Shown: positions 1 to 10,276, counted from the stretch's first letter. The stretch: 64,000 nt of DNA from an uncultured Acidobacteriota bacterium (GCA_913043225.1 CAJWLU010000012.1:32001-96000); one strand, 5' to 3'. Notes: generated from the sequence alone by a model not told the origin. Made by a program: numbers and translations.

Positions 1-1158
1 GATGGTTTCACCCGGCAGGATCATCACGTCGAATTCGAGCGGCACATACCCGGGTTCGACGACCTCGATGTGGTGCGGTCCCTCTTCGAGCCGCAGCCGC
101 TGGAAGATCCCGTCGTAGTCGTTGACCAGACCGACGTAATAGCCGTCCACGAAGACTTCGCCGAACCGTGGCTTGACCTTCAGGCGAAGACTGCCGGTGT
201 AGTAGTCCGACGTTCGACCGTAGCCGGTGTAGAGGTACGGGTCATAGCCGTAGGTGTGACCGTAGTACCCGTTCCAGTACGGGTTGTAGCGGTCGTAAGA
301 CCCGTAGCCCACTCCGAATCCCCGGTTGAACGTGCTGTAGCCAGGGAAATAGAAATAGCTGCCGTAGATCTGCGGGCCGCCACGATAGCGGCCGTAGTAG
401 GGGCTCCAGCCTCGTCCATACCCGCGGCCATAGCTACGGCCGCCGCCGTAGTTGTTGATGACGACGGGGCGAGAGGACAGGGGCGGTCGCGCGACGGCAG
501 TTCCTACGACGTTGCCCGTGGGCGACCGCCGGTCCACGGCGCCGTCGCCCACCACGTTGCCCACGCGGCCGCCGCGGTTGCCACGACCAGGCCGACGGCG
601 TTGGTCGATGACCGTCGTGCTGCCGCCGGGCGCGGTGACGCGGGCACCGCCGGTCGGCGAAGGCACAAGGGTACGGGCCCGACCGACCGCCGCACCGCCG
701 CTGCGCGGATTCCGCTCGGGGGATCGCCGTAGGCCTCCACGTCGGGTGGTCCCGGCCGGAGCCACACGGTCGCCGTTGGCTGGCGACACAGGTGCCACAC
801 GCTGGCCGCCACGATTCGAGTCGGCCCCGTCACGTCGCGGCGCGCGGCGCCGGCCGACGGTCCGGTCGGTCCGGCCGCCGTCGCGGGGCTGCGAATTGGT
901 CGATGGGGTCCGCCGCGGCCCCTGCCGCGAGGGCCCCTGAGTGCGCGGTGCGGTACGCTGAGGCGCCCGCTGTGGCGGACGTCTGGCCTGTGGGGCTTGA
1001 CGCTGCGGCGCCCGCTGTGTTCGTGCGCGTCCACCCTCCTGCGACGTGCCGGTATCTCGGCGACGGGCACGGCCCTGACCGTCCTCGGAGGCCGCGACCG
1101 GGCCGGTCCAGATAGTCAGCATTAGCGCGCTCGAGAGGACAATGGCAAGGCGAGTCAT
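1..1158 (-). CDS. Secreted PEGA-domain protein with Arg/Gly/Pro-rich and Tyr/Gly-rich low-complexity regions (3' end outside window)
   Basis: Not in ORF track; hand translation is open from ATG 1158 (SD GAAGGAG) to base 1: signal peptide MTRLAIVLSSALMLTIWTGPVAA ... GSLRLKVKPRFGEVFVDGYYVG...LRLEEGPHHIEVVEPGY (PEGA-like). Confidence 0.85.
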   Translation of the reverse strand, partial: MTRLAIVLSSALMLTIWTGPVAASEDGQGRARRRDTGTSQEGGRARTQRAPQRQAPQARRPPQRAPQRTAPRTQGPSRQGPRRTPSTNSQPRDGGRTDRTVGRRRAPRRDGADSNRGGQRVAPVSPANGDRVAPAGTTRRGGLRRSPERNPRSGGAAVGRARTLVPSPTGGARVTAPGGSTTVIDQRRRPGRGNRGGRVGNVVGDGAVDRRSPTGNVVGTAVARPPLSSRPVVINNYGGGRSYGRGYGRGWSPYYGRYRGGPQIYGSYFYFPGYSTFNRGFGVGYGSYDRYNPYWNGYYGHTYGYDPYLYTGYGRTSDYYTGSLRLKVKPRFGEVFVDGYYVGLVNDYDGIFQRLRLEEGPHHIEVVEPGYVPLEFDVMILPGETI

Positions 1159-1199
1159 GACGGCTCCTTCATGCAGACGTAACACTACTCACTTGCACA

Positions 1200-1215
1200 A
1201 GCATGACGCGTGCCA
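1200..1215 (-). promoter_or_regulatory. Putative sigma-54 promoter of the PEGA gene
   Basis: Minus strand TGGCACGCGTCATGCT fits TGGCACG-N4-TTGCW with GG-N10-GC spacing, about 40 nt upstream of the start. Confidence 0.6.
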
Positions 1216-1454
1216 GAGTCTGTCGAAAAAGACCCCAGGAAAAAGGGCCTGTCTCGAGGTTCTCCGTGCTCATGGGTGTCCCTCTGTGGGGGCAGTCTGT
1301 CCGGTTCCTAGCACGGTGTACTGAAATAGGTCTCTCTGGTCACGACTCGGCGAGCATACCACCAAGCTGCGGCCTGTCGACTGGCGCTGGCTGCGAGGAT
1401 CTGTCATCCTGGTTTCGACCGGCGAGACGACTCGACCGCCACGAGGTGATGACC

Positions 1455-1676
1455 ATGGGGTTCTGTGAGCATTGTGAAGGCCAGCGGTTCGATCGGGCGC
1501 AGGTGCTCCGCCAGCTCAGAGAGACGCGTGCGCGGCTGCGAGACGGGTCGCTCACCTGCACGGCCGACGAGGCACTGATGCTGGCCATTAAGTCGGTGCG
1601 TGCGCTTGAGATTCCTCACCTCGAGCCCGCCGACGACTTCTTCGACGAGTCAACCGAGGACCACGTGATCCACTAG
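1455..1676 (+). CDS. Small hypothetical protein with N-terminal CxxC
   Basis: GAGG SD before ATG; MGFCEHCEGQRFDRAQVL..., helical middle and acidic tail; stop overlaps the convergent gene. Confidence 0.6.
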   Translation: MGFCEHCEGQRFDRAQVLRQLRETRARLRDGSLTCTADEALMLAIKSVRALEIPHLEPADDFFDESTEDHVIH

Positions 1677-3064
1677 TGTCCTGCTACGTCGACCACGACT
1701 CTGTATAGGTATTCGACGAAGAGGCGGAGCCCCTCCAGCAAGATCCGCTCGTCGGTGCCGTGGATCCCGCTCAGCGTGTCCCTGATCATGCCGACGCCGT
1801 AGGCCTGCACGCCTTGGGCGCGTACCTGGGCCGAATCGGTGGCTGCGACCAACATGGTCGGCAGCGTGAGGGCGTCGGGAAACATCTCCTGCTGGGTTCG
1901 CTCCAGCGCCATAAATAGCTCGCTGTCCAGTCGTGACGGCGGTGCCGCCGGACGCATGCTGGTGGGCGGCGTCACTTCCACTGCGGGGTCGTCGATGATT
2001 GTCCGCAGCGTGTCGAGAAACGCGTCCAGGTCTTCGTCAGGCAGGGCGCGGATGTCGAGTTCGGCTTCGGCTTCAGCCGGAATGACATTCCGGCGGAACC
2101 CGCCTGAGATGATGTTGGGTGAGATGCTGGTGCGTAGCATCGAGTTCACGGTGATGTCGTAGCGACGAAGCTCGTACTGGATCCGCGCGGTCTGCAACGG
2201 GTCTTCGAGGTTCCGGTACCGGAACGCCGCCTCGGGGGTGCTGATGGTTGCCAGCCGGGACAGGAAGGCGCGCGTGGTTTCGTTGAGTCGCATCGGCGGC
2301 TGATAGACCCCGATCTTGGCAACCGCGGCAGCTAGGTGGACGATCGGATTGTCGAGTCGCGGAGCCGAACCGTGCCCCGCCGTGCCCCGCGCCACCAGTC
2401 GGATACCTCGCCATGGCACCTTCTCGGTGGTGGCGACGCTGATCGTGTTCACCCTGCCGTCCACGGCTGACATCCGACCACCTTCGTTGATAGCGAATTC
2501 GGCCGCGATCTTGTTCCAGTGCTGCTCGACCATGAAGTCGATGCCGACCTCGGTGGTGCCTTCTTCACCCGCCTCGGCCAGTAAGACTACGTCTCGCGCT
2601 AGCGGGACGTTGTGTGCGACCAGCAGCCGAAGCACTTCGACCATCGCGGCAAGTTGTCCTTTGTCGTCCGAGGCGCCGCGGCCGTACAGATAGCCATCGC
2701 GGATTTCGCCCCCGAACGGATCCATTGACCACTGGGCCGGGTCAACGCCCACCACGTCGGTGTGCGCCATCAGCAGCAGCGGTTCCTTAGAGCCATCGCC
2801 CTCGAGCCTGGCCACGAGGTTGCCGCGCGTTGGATCCAGGGCGTAAATATCCGACCCGATGCCGTCCTCGGCTAGCACGGTTTGCAGATAGCGGGCCACT
2901 TCGGTCTCGTTACCAGGCGGGCTAGTGGTGTCGATACGCACGAGCGCTTGCAGCAACTCGGCGGTTCTGGTCCCGGCCTGATCGAAGTCGGGGGGTTGAG
3001 CCGCCGTGGGTGGGGCGACCAACCAGGTGGTCGTCAAGACTGAACAGAGAAGGAACTTTCGCAT
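1673..3064 (-). CDS. Secreted M20/M25/M40 metallo-hydrolase (ArgE/DapE family)
   Basis: Signal peptide; AHTDVV, YGRGASDDKG, GEE, GHGS, HGTDERI motifs. Confidence 0.9.
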   Translation of the reverse strand: MRKFLLCSVLTTTWLVAPPTAAQPPDFDQAGTRTAELLQALVRIDTTSPPGNETEVARYLQTVLAEDGIGSDIYALDPTRGNLVARLEGDGSKEPLLLMAHTDVVGVDPAQWSMDPFGGEIRDGYLYGRGASDDKGQLAAMVEVLRLLVAHNVPLARDVVLLAEAGEEGTTEVGIDFMVEQHWNKIAAEFAINEGGRMSAVDGRVNTISVATTEKVPWRGIRLVARGTAGHGSAPRLDNPIVHLAAAVAKIGVYQPPMRLNETTRAFLSRLATISTPEAAFRYRNLEDPLQTARIQYELRRYDITVNSMLRTSISPNIISGGFRRNVIPAEAEAELDIRALPDEDLDAFLDTLRTIIDDPAVEVTPPTSMRPAAPPSRLDSELFMALERTQQEMFPDALTLPTMLVAATDSAQVRAQGVQAYGVGMIRDTLSGIHGTDERILLEGLRLFVEYLYRVVVDVAGH

Positions 3065-3221
3065 GGGTGACTCGTGTGCTGGGTGACGCCAGCGCCGACA
3101 AAGTGAAAAAGGGGGACAGGCCCCGAGGTTCGTGGCTACGTCGACTACGACCGGGTCCCTCGTGGGCCAAGGCGGCATGGCCTTATTGTGACGTTCTCGA
3201 GGTTGGGGTCACAATCACCGG

Positions 3222-3755
3222 ATGAATCAGACTGCCACCGCGACCCAAGCACTCTCCAGCGAGTTCGTCGAGGTATCCCGAGGTCAGCTGCGTACCAAGT
3301 TGGACCGGATCGAGGTGTGTGTGGGCCGGCTCTCCGAGAAGCAGCTCTGGAGCCGGGCCCACGAAATCGAGAACGCCGTCGGTAATCTCGTGCTGCACTT
3401 GTGCGGCAACATCCGCCAGTGGGTCGTCGCCGGTGTGGGCGGGGCTCCCGACGATCGTGACCGCGATGCCGAATTTGACCGCCGGGATCCGCTGCCCGCC
3501 GCGGAGTTGATTCGCCGGCTTCGTGAGGTGATCGACGAGGCTGATACTGTGCTGGCCCGGTTAACGTCGGCCGACCTGACTGAGCGTCGCCAGGTCCAGG
3601 GCTACGACGTCACCCTGCTCGAGGCGGTGTATCACGTGGTTGAGCATCTGGCCGAGCACACGGGACAGATCATCTGGGCCACTAAGCGTGCGACTGGCGC
3701 TGACCTGGGCTTCTACGCCTACCTGTTAGATCCGGATCGGGCCGCCCGACCCTGA
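3222..3755 (+). CDS. DinB/DUF1572-family protein
   Basis: NAVGNLVLHLCGNIRQW, RDRDAEF, HLAEHTGQII. Confidence 0.8.
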   Translation: MNQTATATQALSSEFVEVSRGQLRTKLDRIEVCVGRLSEKQLWSRAHEIENAVGNLVLHLCGNIRQWVVAGVGGAPDDRDRDAEFDRRDPLPAAELIRRLREVIDEADTVLARLTSADLTERRQVQGYDVTLLEAVYHVVEHLAEHTGQIIWATKRATGADLGFYAYLLDPDRAARP

Positions 3756-3856
3756 GCCGCGTCTGTCTCCTATCCGTTGCTTTGGGGTCCTCTCGCGGCA
3801 TCTCGGTGTCATTATAGGAGCCTCGTGAGGCGAGTATCTGAGGAAGGAGCGTGTCG

Positions 3857-5203
3857 ATGAGGCGAGGACCCAACCAATGGTGCTTGCTCGCGCTGGCCTG
3901 GCTTGTGCTGAGCGGTGTGACCGCTTCGTCGCAGGAGCGGATCTTCCCGTTCCCGACCACCGAGTTCGAACTGGACAATGGGCTGCGGGTGGTAGGTGTC
4001 GACTACGACAGTCCCGGCATCGTCGCCTACTACACTGTGGTCCGCACCGGGTCGAGGAACGAGGTCGAGCCAGGGTTCTCAGGCTATGCGCACTTCTTCG
4101 AGCACATGATGTTCCGGGGTACCGAGAAGTATCCGACTGACGCCTACACCGATGCTGTCAAACGGCTCGGAGCCGACTCGAATGCTTTTACCACCGATGA
4201 CTGGACCGCGTATCACACCGTGGCTAGCGCCGATGCGCTTGAGACCATCATAGACCTTGAGTCCGACCGGTTCCTGAACCTGGACTACTCGATCGACGAC
4301 TACCGGACCGAGGCGGGCGCCATTCTGGGTGAGTACAACCTCAACTTTTCGAATCCGGTGGCTCTGCTCCGTGAATCGGTGCGCGATTTGGCTTATACGA
4401 CCCATCCCTACAAGCACACGACGATCGGTCTGCTCGAGGACATCCAGGCGATGCCCGAGCACTACGACTACAGCGTGGAGTTTTACGACCGGTACTACCG
4501 GCCAGAGAACTGCTTCATCGTCGTGGTGGGCGACTTCGATCCGACCGAGCTGGAACGTCTAGCGGAGCAGTATTACGGAGCGTGGGAGCCCGGTGACTTC
4601 GAGCCCACCATTTCGGTCGAGCCGCCCCAGACCGAGGAGCGCACGGCCGAGATTACCTGGCCGAACCCGACGTTGCCCTGGATGACCATCGCCTATCACG
4701 CGCCCGCGTTCTCCGACGAGACGATCGACATGCCGGCGATGGACGTGCTCTCGCAACTGCTGTTCTCCCAGACGTCGCCGCTGTTCCAGCAGCTGTATCT
4801 GAGCGACCAGGTGGTCGATGTGCTCTCAGGGGGAGCGGTTGATCACCGCGACCCGCCGCTCTTCGAGGTACTGATCCGGATCACGAAGCCGGATCAGATC
4901 GACTACGTCCGTGACACGGTCCTGGCCGAGATCGAACGGATGAAGACTGAGCCGGTCGATCCGCAGTTGCTCGCTGACACGAAGTCGGCCATGCGCTACT
5001 CGTTCGCTAGCGGATTGAACAGCCCTGGCCCCATCGCGGAGACGCTCGGACACTACCTGCAACTCACCGGAGACCCTGAAACGGTGAACCGCGTGTATGA
5101 ACTGTACGACCAGGTGACGGCGGACGACATCCAAGCGACGGCTGCCAGGTATTTCGCCGAGACCAATCGCACGGTCGTCGTGCTGACGCAGGAGGCAGAA
5201 TGA
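3857..5203 (+). CDS. M16 (pitrilysin-like) zinc peptidase, catalytic subunit
   Basis: Inverted zincin HFFEH, NAFTTDDWT, HPY; signal peptide; SD AGGAAGGAG. Confidence 0.92.
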   Translation: MRRGPNQWCLLALAWLVLSGVTASSQERIFPFPTTEFELDNGLRVVGVDYDSPGIVAYYTVVRTGSRNEVEPGFSGYAHFFEHMMFRGTEKYPTDAYTDAVKRLGADSNAFTTDDWTAYHTVASADALETIIDLESDRFLNLDYSIDDYRTEAGAILGEYNLNFSNPVALLRESVRDLAYTTHPYKHTTIGLLEDIQAMPEHYDYSVEFYDRYYRPENCFIVVVGDFDPTELERLAEQYYGAWEPGDFEPTISVEPPQTEERTAEITWPNPTLPWMTIAYHAPAFSDETIDMPAMDVLSQLLFSQTSPLFQQLYLSDQVVDVLSGGAVDHRDPPLFEVLIRITKPDQIDYVRDTVLAEIERMKTEPVDPQLLADTKSAMRYSFASGLNSPGPIAETLGHYLQLTGDPETVNRVYELYDQVTADDIQATAARYFAETNRTVVVLTQEAE

Positions 5204-6732
5204 TGTCGCGGCGACATACGGCGTGGCTCGGCGGGGGACTGGGGTTAGCGCTGGCCATGGTCGCTTGTAGTGCGGCCGACACGCCGGCCCTGCCATCGGC
5301 GCAGGGGGTTGCCCAGCCGGCGCCGAATTCTCCGTTGATCACGCTGCGGGTGATGTTCGACACCGGGTCCATCGATGATCCTGCTGGTCGCGAGGGGCTG
5401 AACGCCCTGACCGCGCTCATGATCGGTCAGGGGGGGACCGCCGATCTCAGCTACCAGGAACTTACGGCCACGCTCTATCCCTGGGCGGCCAGTATCAGCA
5501 CGCAGGCCGACAAGGAGGTGACGACCGTCATCGGGGAAGTGCACGTTGACCACCTGAAGCCGTTCTACGACATCTTCCGCGAGCTGATCGTGGCGCCGCG
5601 CTTCGACGAGGCGGACTTCGCGAGGAATCGCGACTTCCTGTCCAACGGCATCGTGGCCGGATTGCGTGGCAACGATGACGAAGAGCTTGGCAAGCAGGCG
5701 CTCAACGCCTGGCTCTACGAGGGACATCCCTATGCGGCCACCGAGCTGGGAACCGAGGAAGGGCTGGCCGCTATCACTCTCGATGACGTCGCGGCGCATC
5801 ACGGCGCTCGCTATACGCGGGACAACGTGATGGTGGGTGTGGGAGGCGGTTACCCTGACGGTTTCCTCGCGCGGGTGGAGGCCGACCTGGTTGCCGCGCT
5901 GCCGGCTGGCGACGGTGCCGCTCGGGCGCTCCCCGAACCGCGGCATCTTCAAGGGCACGAGCTGCTGTTCGTCGAGAAGGATGCCATCGCCACCGCGATC
6001 TCGATCGGGTTCCCGCTCGAGATCACGCGGTCCGACGACGACTTCTATCCGCTCATGGTGGCCAACTCCTATCTGGGCGAACACCGCACCTTCAACGGGC
6101 GGCTGATGAACCAGATGCGCGGGTTACGTGGCTTGAACTACGGCGACTACTCCTACATCGAGCAGTTCATTCAAGATGGTGGCTCGACTTTCCCAGTGCC
6201 AAACATCCCGCGCCGGCAGCAGTTTTTCAGCATTTGGATCCGTCCCGTCCCGCACCATAACGCCGCCTTCGCGCTACGGCAGGCGATTCGGGAGCTGGCG
6301 TTGCTCGTGGACGAAGGGTTGTTGGAGGAGGACTTCGAGGCGACGCGCGAATACCTGGTCAACTACGCCAACCTCTACGTCCAAACCACCAGTCGGCGAC
6401 TGGGTTATGCCATGGATTCGCGCTTCTATGGCACCGACTTCTTTGTCGACGAGATCCGGTCCCGTCTAATGGAGCTGACGGTGGAGGATGTTAATGCCGC
6501 GGTCCGCCGACATCTCCAGGCTGACCACCTGGCCATCGCCATCGTGACCAGCGATGCCGAGGGCTTCAGAGATGTGCTGCTGTCTGACGAGCCGCCGAGC
6601 ATCACCTATAACACCGAAGTGAGTGACGACATCCTGGGCGAAGACGAGGCGATCAAGGGCTACGAGCTTTCGATCAACACCGAGCGAATCAGGATCGTGC
6701 CGGTGGAGGAGATGTTCAAGAGGGTGTCGTGA
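5200..6732 (+). CDS. M16 peptidase non-catalytic partner subunit, probable lipoprotein
   Basis: Lipobox-like LAMVAC; lacks HXXEH; RLMNQMRGLRGLNYG; ATGA overlap with upstream gene. Confidence 0.88.
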   Translation: MMSRRHTAWLGGGLGLALAMVACSAADTPALPSAQGVAQPAPNSPLITLRVMFDTGSIDDPAGREGLNALTALMIGQGGTADLSYQELTATLYPWAASISTQADKEVTTVIGEVHVDHLKPFYDIFRELIVAPRFDEADFARNRDFLSNGIVAGLRGNDDEELGKQALNAWLYEGHPYAATELGTEEGLAAITLDDVAAHHGARYTRDNVMVGVGGGYPDGFLARVEADLVAALPAGDGAARALPEPRHLQGHELLFVEKDAIATAISIGFPLEITRSDDDFYPLMVANSYLGEHRTFNGRLMNQMRGLRGLNYGDYSYIEQFIQDGGSTFPVPNIPRRQQFFSIWIRPVPHHNAAFALRQAIRELALLVDEGLLEEDFEATREYLVNYANLYVQTTSRRLGYAMDSRFYGTDFFVDEIRSRLMELTVEDVNAAVRRHLQADHLAIAIVTSDAEGFRDVLLSDEPPSITYNTEVSDDILGEDEAIKGYELSINTERIRIVPVEEMFKRVS

Positions 6733-6794
6733 GTCCGCCTTCGCTAAGGCTGCGGTGGGTGGTCCGCCGACCGGCGTACCAGGGGAGAAGAGAG

Positions 6795-7631
6795 ATGCGA
6801 CAGTTGAGGTCTATCGTGACGGTTGGGGTGGCGCTCACGGTCATGGCCGGAGGCGCCTGGGCGCAGGAGCCGGGGTCGGTGGTGGCGGCCGATCCGCGGG
6901 TTGAGGGGCGGACCTACACGTTCCCGGGGACGGGCCAGGAGGTGCCCTACGCGCTGTTCGTGCCGTCGAACTACGACGCGTCACGTGTCTGGCCGCTGAT
7001 GGTGGTACTTCACGGACTCGGACGTCCCTACGACTGGATGATGGGATACGAGGGACTCGTAGATGCGGCCGAGCGTGACGGCTACATCGTGGTGTCGCCG
7101 CTCGGTTATCACCCGCGTGCCTGGTACGGCAGCCGGGGACCCGGCATTCCCAACATGCGCCGGGCCGAGGGTGATATCGAGCTGTTGCCGGAGAACCTCG
7201 GGGAGCTGAGTGAACAAGACGTGCTGAATGTCTTCAACCTCGTGCGCGAGGAATTCAACATCGACGAGGACCGGATGTATCTGTGGGGGCACTCAATGGG
7301 GGGCGCCGGCACCTACCACTTGGCCGCTAGGCACCCCGACCTCTGGGCTGCCGTTGGGGTCGCGGCTCCGGCGCCATCGGTCTCGCCCGATCAACTCGAG
7401 GCGTTTCGTCACGTGCCGATTATCGTGTTGCAGGGCGATCAGGATCAGCTCGTGAACCGTACGGTGCAGTGGGTAGCCAAGATGCGCGAACTCGGTATGC
7501 AGCACGTCTACGTTGAGGTGAAGGGGGGCGATCACTCGCGGTTCATCAATGCGGACCGCGCGATGGTCGAGAAGATCTTTGCCTTCTTCAACATCGCCAG
7601 CAAAGACCAGCGTGAGGCGCCGACGAATTAG
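6795..7631 (+). CDS. Secreted alpha/beta hydrolase (PHB depolymerase/esterase-like)
   Basis: PLMVVLHG, GHSMGG nucleophile elbow, GDQD, GGDH; signal peptide. Confidence 0.85.
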   Translation: MRQLRSIVTVGVALTVMAGGAWAQEPGSVVAADPRVEGRTYTFPGTGQEVPYALFVPSNYDASRVWPLMVVLHGLGRPYDWMMGYEGLVDAAERDGYIVVSPLGYHPRAWYGSRGPGIPNMRRAEGDIELLPENLGELSEQDVLNVFNLVREEFNIDEDRMYLWGHSMGGAGTYHLAARHPDLWAAVGVAAPAPSVSPDQLEAFRHVPIIVLQGDQDQLVNRTVQWVAKMRELGMQHVYVEVKGGDHSRFINADRAMVEKIFAFFNIASKDQREAPTN

Positions 7632-7815
7632 CTGGATTCCTGGCGATCGGTCTGCGTGGACTGCGTTGCGCGTCGGTCACGGTTCGTCTGACTGGGTTCC
7701 CGCCAGTTCGGTGTAGGGTCGTCGGACTGACCTGCTCTCTCGACGGCCGAGCAGTAAATCTCGCTGGCCTCGTCCCAGGTCTTTGCCCTGAGTCCGCCGA
7801 CGCCTGGCTGGGGAG

Positions 7816-8658
7816 TCAGGGTGCGACCCCGGTCCGCTTCAGGGCCGCGGCCGGGATCGTTGCGTTGAGCGAGCCGCTTCTGTAACCCAGGGGGTCGATC
7901 TCGACACTCGTGAACCCCGTGCGCTGCAGCTGCTGCGTCACGGTGGCCAGGACCTTGGGACTGGATAGCCTGGCGATGGCGTCCGGCTCGACCTCGAGGC
8001 GTGCAGTGGCCCCGTGGTGGCGCACTCGGCACACCCCGAAGCCCAGGTTCCTGAGCACCCGCTCCGATGCGGCCACCTGTTCTAGTCGGTCAGGTGTGAT
8101 CTCGGTCCCGTACGGGAACCGGGACGAGAGACACGCCAGCGCCGGCTTGTCCCAGATAGGCAGTCCAAGCCGGCGCGCAGCCTCTCGAATGTTTGCCTTT
8201 GTGAACCCCAGTTCGTCGAGTGGCGAGCGGACGCCTTGCTCGCGTGCCGCCTGTCGCCCGGGCCGGTGGTCTCCGCGGTCATCACGATTGAAGCCATCGA
8301 GGACGTGAGGGATGCCGAGCCGACGGGCCGCCGCCACGGCCTGTCCGTAGACCTCGACCTTGCAGAAATAGCAGCGGTTGACCGGGTTGGCCCTGTAGCG
8401 AGCGTCGTCCAGCTCGTCGGTGTCGATGAGTAGGTGACGGGCGCCGAGTCTTGTGGCGATGCGGGCTGCGCCGTCGCGTTCTTCCGGGGCGAGACTAGGA
8501 GACACCGCGGTCAGACCAAGCGCGTCTGGGCCCAGGGCGGCCACCGTTTCAGCCAGAAGGTAGCCAGAGTCGACGCCGCCAGAGAAACAAACCACGGCCT
8601 GGCCAAGCTCACCGAGGCGCTGGCGTAGCTCGGCGATCCGATGATCGAGACTCGACAT
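7816..8658 (-). CDS. larE: LarE-family ATP-dependent sulfur transferase
   Basis: PP-loop SGGVDS, NRCYFCK, DDRGDHRPG, WDKPALACLSSRFPYG, GYRSGSLN. Confidence 0.9.
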   Translation of the reverse strand: MSSLDHRIAELRQRLGELGQAVVCFSGGVDSGYLLAETVAALGPDALGLTAVSPSLAPEERDGAARIATRLGARHLLIDTDELDDARYRANPVNRCYFCKVEVYGQAVAAARRLGIPHVLDGFNRDDRGDHRPGRQAAREQGVRSPLDELGFTKANIREAARRLGLPIWDKPALACLSSRFPYGTEITPDRLEQVAASERVLRNLGFGVCRVRHHGATARLEVEPDAIARLSSPKVLATVTQQLQRTGFTSVEIDPLGYRSGSLNATIPAAALKRTGVAP

Positions 8659-8731
8659 ACAATGGCGCCCGAGGCGGTTCGAGCTCCCAGTATAGCCCGG
8701 TGCGGGCAGGGCGTCGGGCGCCCTGCCCGCC

Positions 8732-9361
8732 ATGCTTCCGGACACCACCGTCTCGCTGCTCCTGACGAGTGCCGCCGGTCTCGCGACCGTCCACACCCTG
8801 ATCGGGATCGACCATTCCCTGCCGTTCGTGGCTGTCGGTCGCGCCCGCGGTTGGACCTTGTGCCGGACCCTCTGGGTGACCGCGCTTTGTGGTCTGGTAC
8901 ATGTCGCCTCGTCGGTCGCCATCGGCGGTATCGGCATCGGGCTTGGCGTGGCGCTCGACCAGCTCTCCTGGCTCGAATCAAGTCGCGGCCGGTTGGCCGC
9001 TTGGCTCATGATGGGCTTTGGACTGGCGTACGCCGCCTGGGCGCTTTGGCGAGGTGAACGCAGCCATGCGCACAGCCCGCGGACCACGACCTGGGCGCTC
9101 TTCCTGATCTTTGCCTTTGGCCCGTGCGAGGCGCTAATTCCCTTGATGATGGTTCCCGCTGCGGAAGGGGCGTGGCTGGTGCTTGGCGCGGTGGTGGTCG
9201 TTTTTGGCGTCTGCACCATCGGCGCGATGCTCGTAGCCGTAGCTCTCGGCTACGCCGGGGTAGGTTGGGCCCCGATCCCCTACCTGCAGGCCAGAGCCGA
9301 TTTGGTGGCGGGGCTCGCCGTCGCGGCCAGCGGCGCCGGTGTGCTGTTCCTCGGCCTTTGA
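8732..9361 (+). CDS. Nickel/cobalt transporter-like membrane protein (NiCoT/UreH-like)
   Basis: Multi-TM; HTLIGIDH, GLVHV, HAHS, GPCEALIP motifs; divergent from larE. Confidence 0.65.
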   Translation: MLPDTTVSLLLTSAAGLATVHTLIGIDHSLPFVAVGRARGWTLCRTLWVTALCGLVHVASSVAIGGIGIGLGVALDQLSWLESSRGRLAAWLMMGFGLAYAAWALWRGERSHAHSPRTTTWALFLIFAFGPCEALIPLMMVPAAEGAWLVLGAVVVVFGVCTIGAMLVAVALGYAGVGWAPIPYLQARADLVAGLAVAASGAGVLFLGL

Positions 9362-9886
9362 TCAGGCCGTTCCGCTACCACTTGGGGAGCATGGCTCTCA
9401 ATGTCCAAGATGTCGTGGCTACCGCTTGACACGGGCGCTCCCTCCGGCCATAGTTGGCGGGCGGTGCCGGGGCTCGAAGTTGCGCCGCTCGACCTGTGTG
9501 CCGTGTGCCCAGACACGGCGGGAGTGGGTAAGCTGTCCGACCGGCGGCGCGCCCTGCGAGCCTCATGACCCCGACCGAATACCGCGAGTTGCGTCGTCGT
9601 TTACTGCGTGAGCGTCAGCTCGGCCTGCTGGCGGTGGAGCAGCTCACCGACTCCGCGCTAAGTGCGTCCCAGCGTAGCGAGCCGGAGCCAGCGAAGCCGT
9701 CCAACCTGGCCCCGGTCGAACCGATCAAAGTCGGGGCGTAGCCACGACCTTCCTGTCTTGCGGTGCTTTCGAGGCTATAATCGGCCTCTCAAAGCCATTC
9801 CCATGGGTAGCTGTATTGACGGGCGCGACACCATCGTCGTCGAACCCTCTCTTGTGTGCGCTTAGCCCCAGCAGACCAAATCGGGG

Positions 9887-10249
9887 TTGCTGGTTCCGCG
9901 GTGGTCGATTCTCGGCGGGTTTGTCGAGACCGTGGCCACCATGACCGGTGTGACCGTCGCTGAGCTCGAGCCGTTAACCATGCTCTGTATCCAGACGAAG
10001 AGCACGTTCTGCGAGGTGACCGTGCCACGGTCGCCACTGGCCCGGGTGCTCGTACGCGGTGGGCGGTTCTTCACAGAACTTGCTGAGGCCAGGTTCGGAG
10101 GATCGAGCTTCGTCGGCAGCTGCGTCAAGCTGACCTGGTCAGGCGTCTGGCCGCATCTCGAGTTGCATGCTCTCGATGAGTGGATCGTCACCTCGCGGGT
10201 GCAGTCCATCTCCATTCTCAGCATCACGGCTGCGTACGGGCACGTCTAG
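9887..10249 (+). pseudogene. Hypothetical protein, probably interrupted by an upstream in-frame TAG
   Basis: ATG near 9803, downstream of TATAAT (9776-9781), is in frame but hits TAG at 9863-9865; downstream part looks like a globular beta protein (VLVRGGRFF...GSS..G...IVTSRVQSI). Confidence 0.4.
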
Positions 10250-10276
10250 TCGCGCTGTTCGAATCGGTCACGCACG

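Noticed and set aside
70..1115. Plus-strand ORFs 70-732, 452-940 and 792-1115
   Set aside because: Antisense shadows of the minus-strand PEGA gene
8659..9219. N-terminal extension of the 467-aa larE ORF
   Set aside because: Antisense to the transporter gene; LarE similarity begins at ATG 8658
9863..9865. In-frame TAG as pyrrolysine or readthrough site
   Set aside because: No pyl genes seen, TAG is used as a normal stop throughout, and the surroundings look decayed
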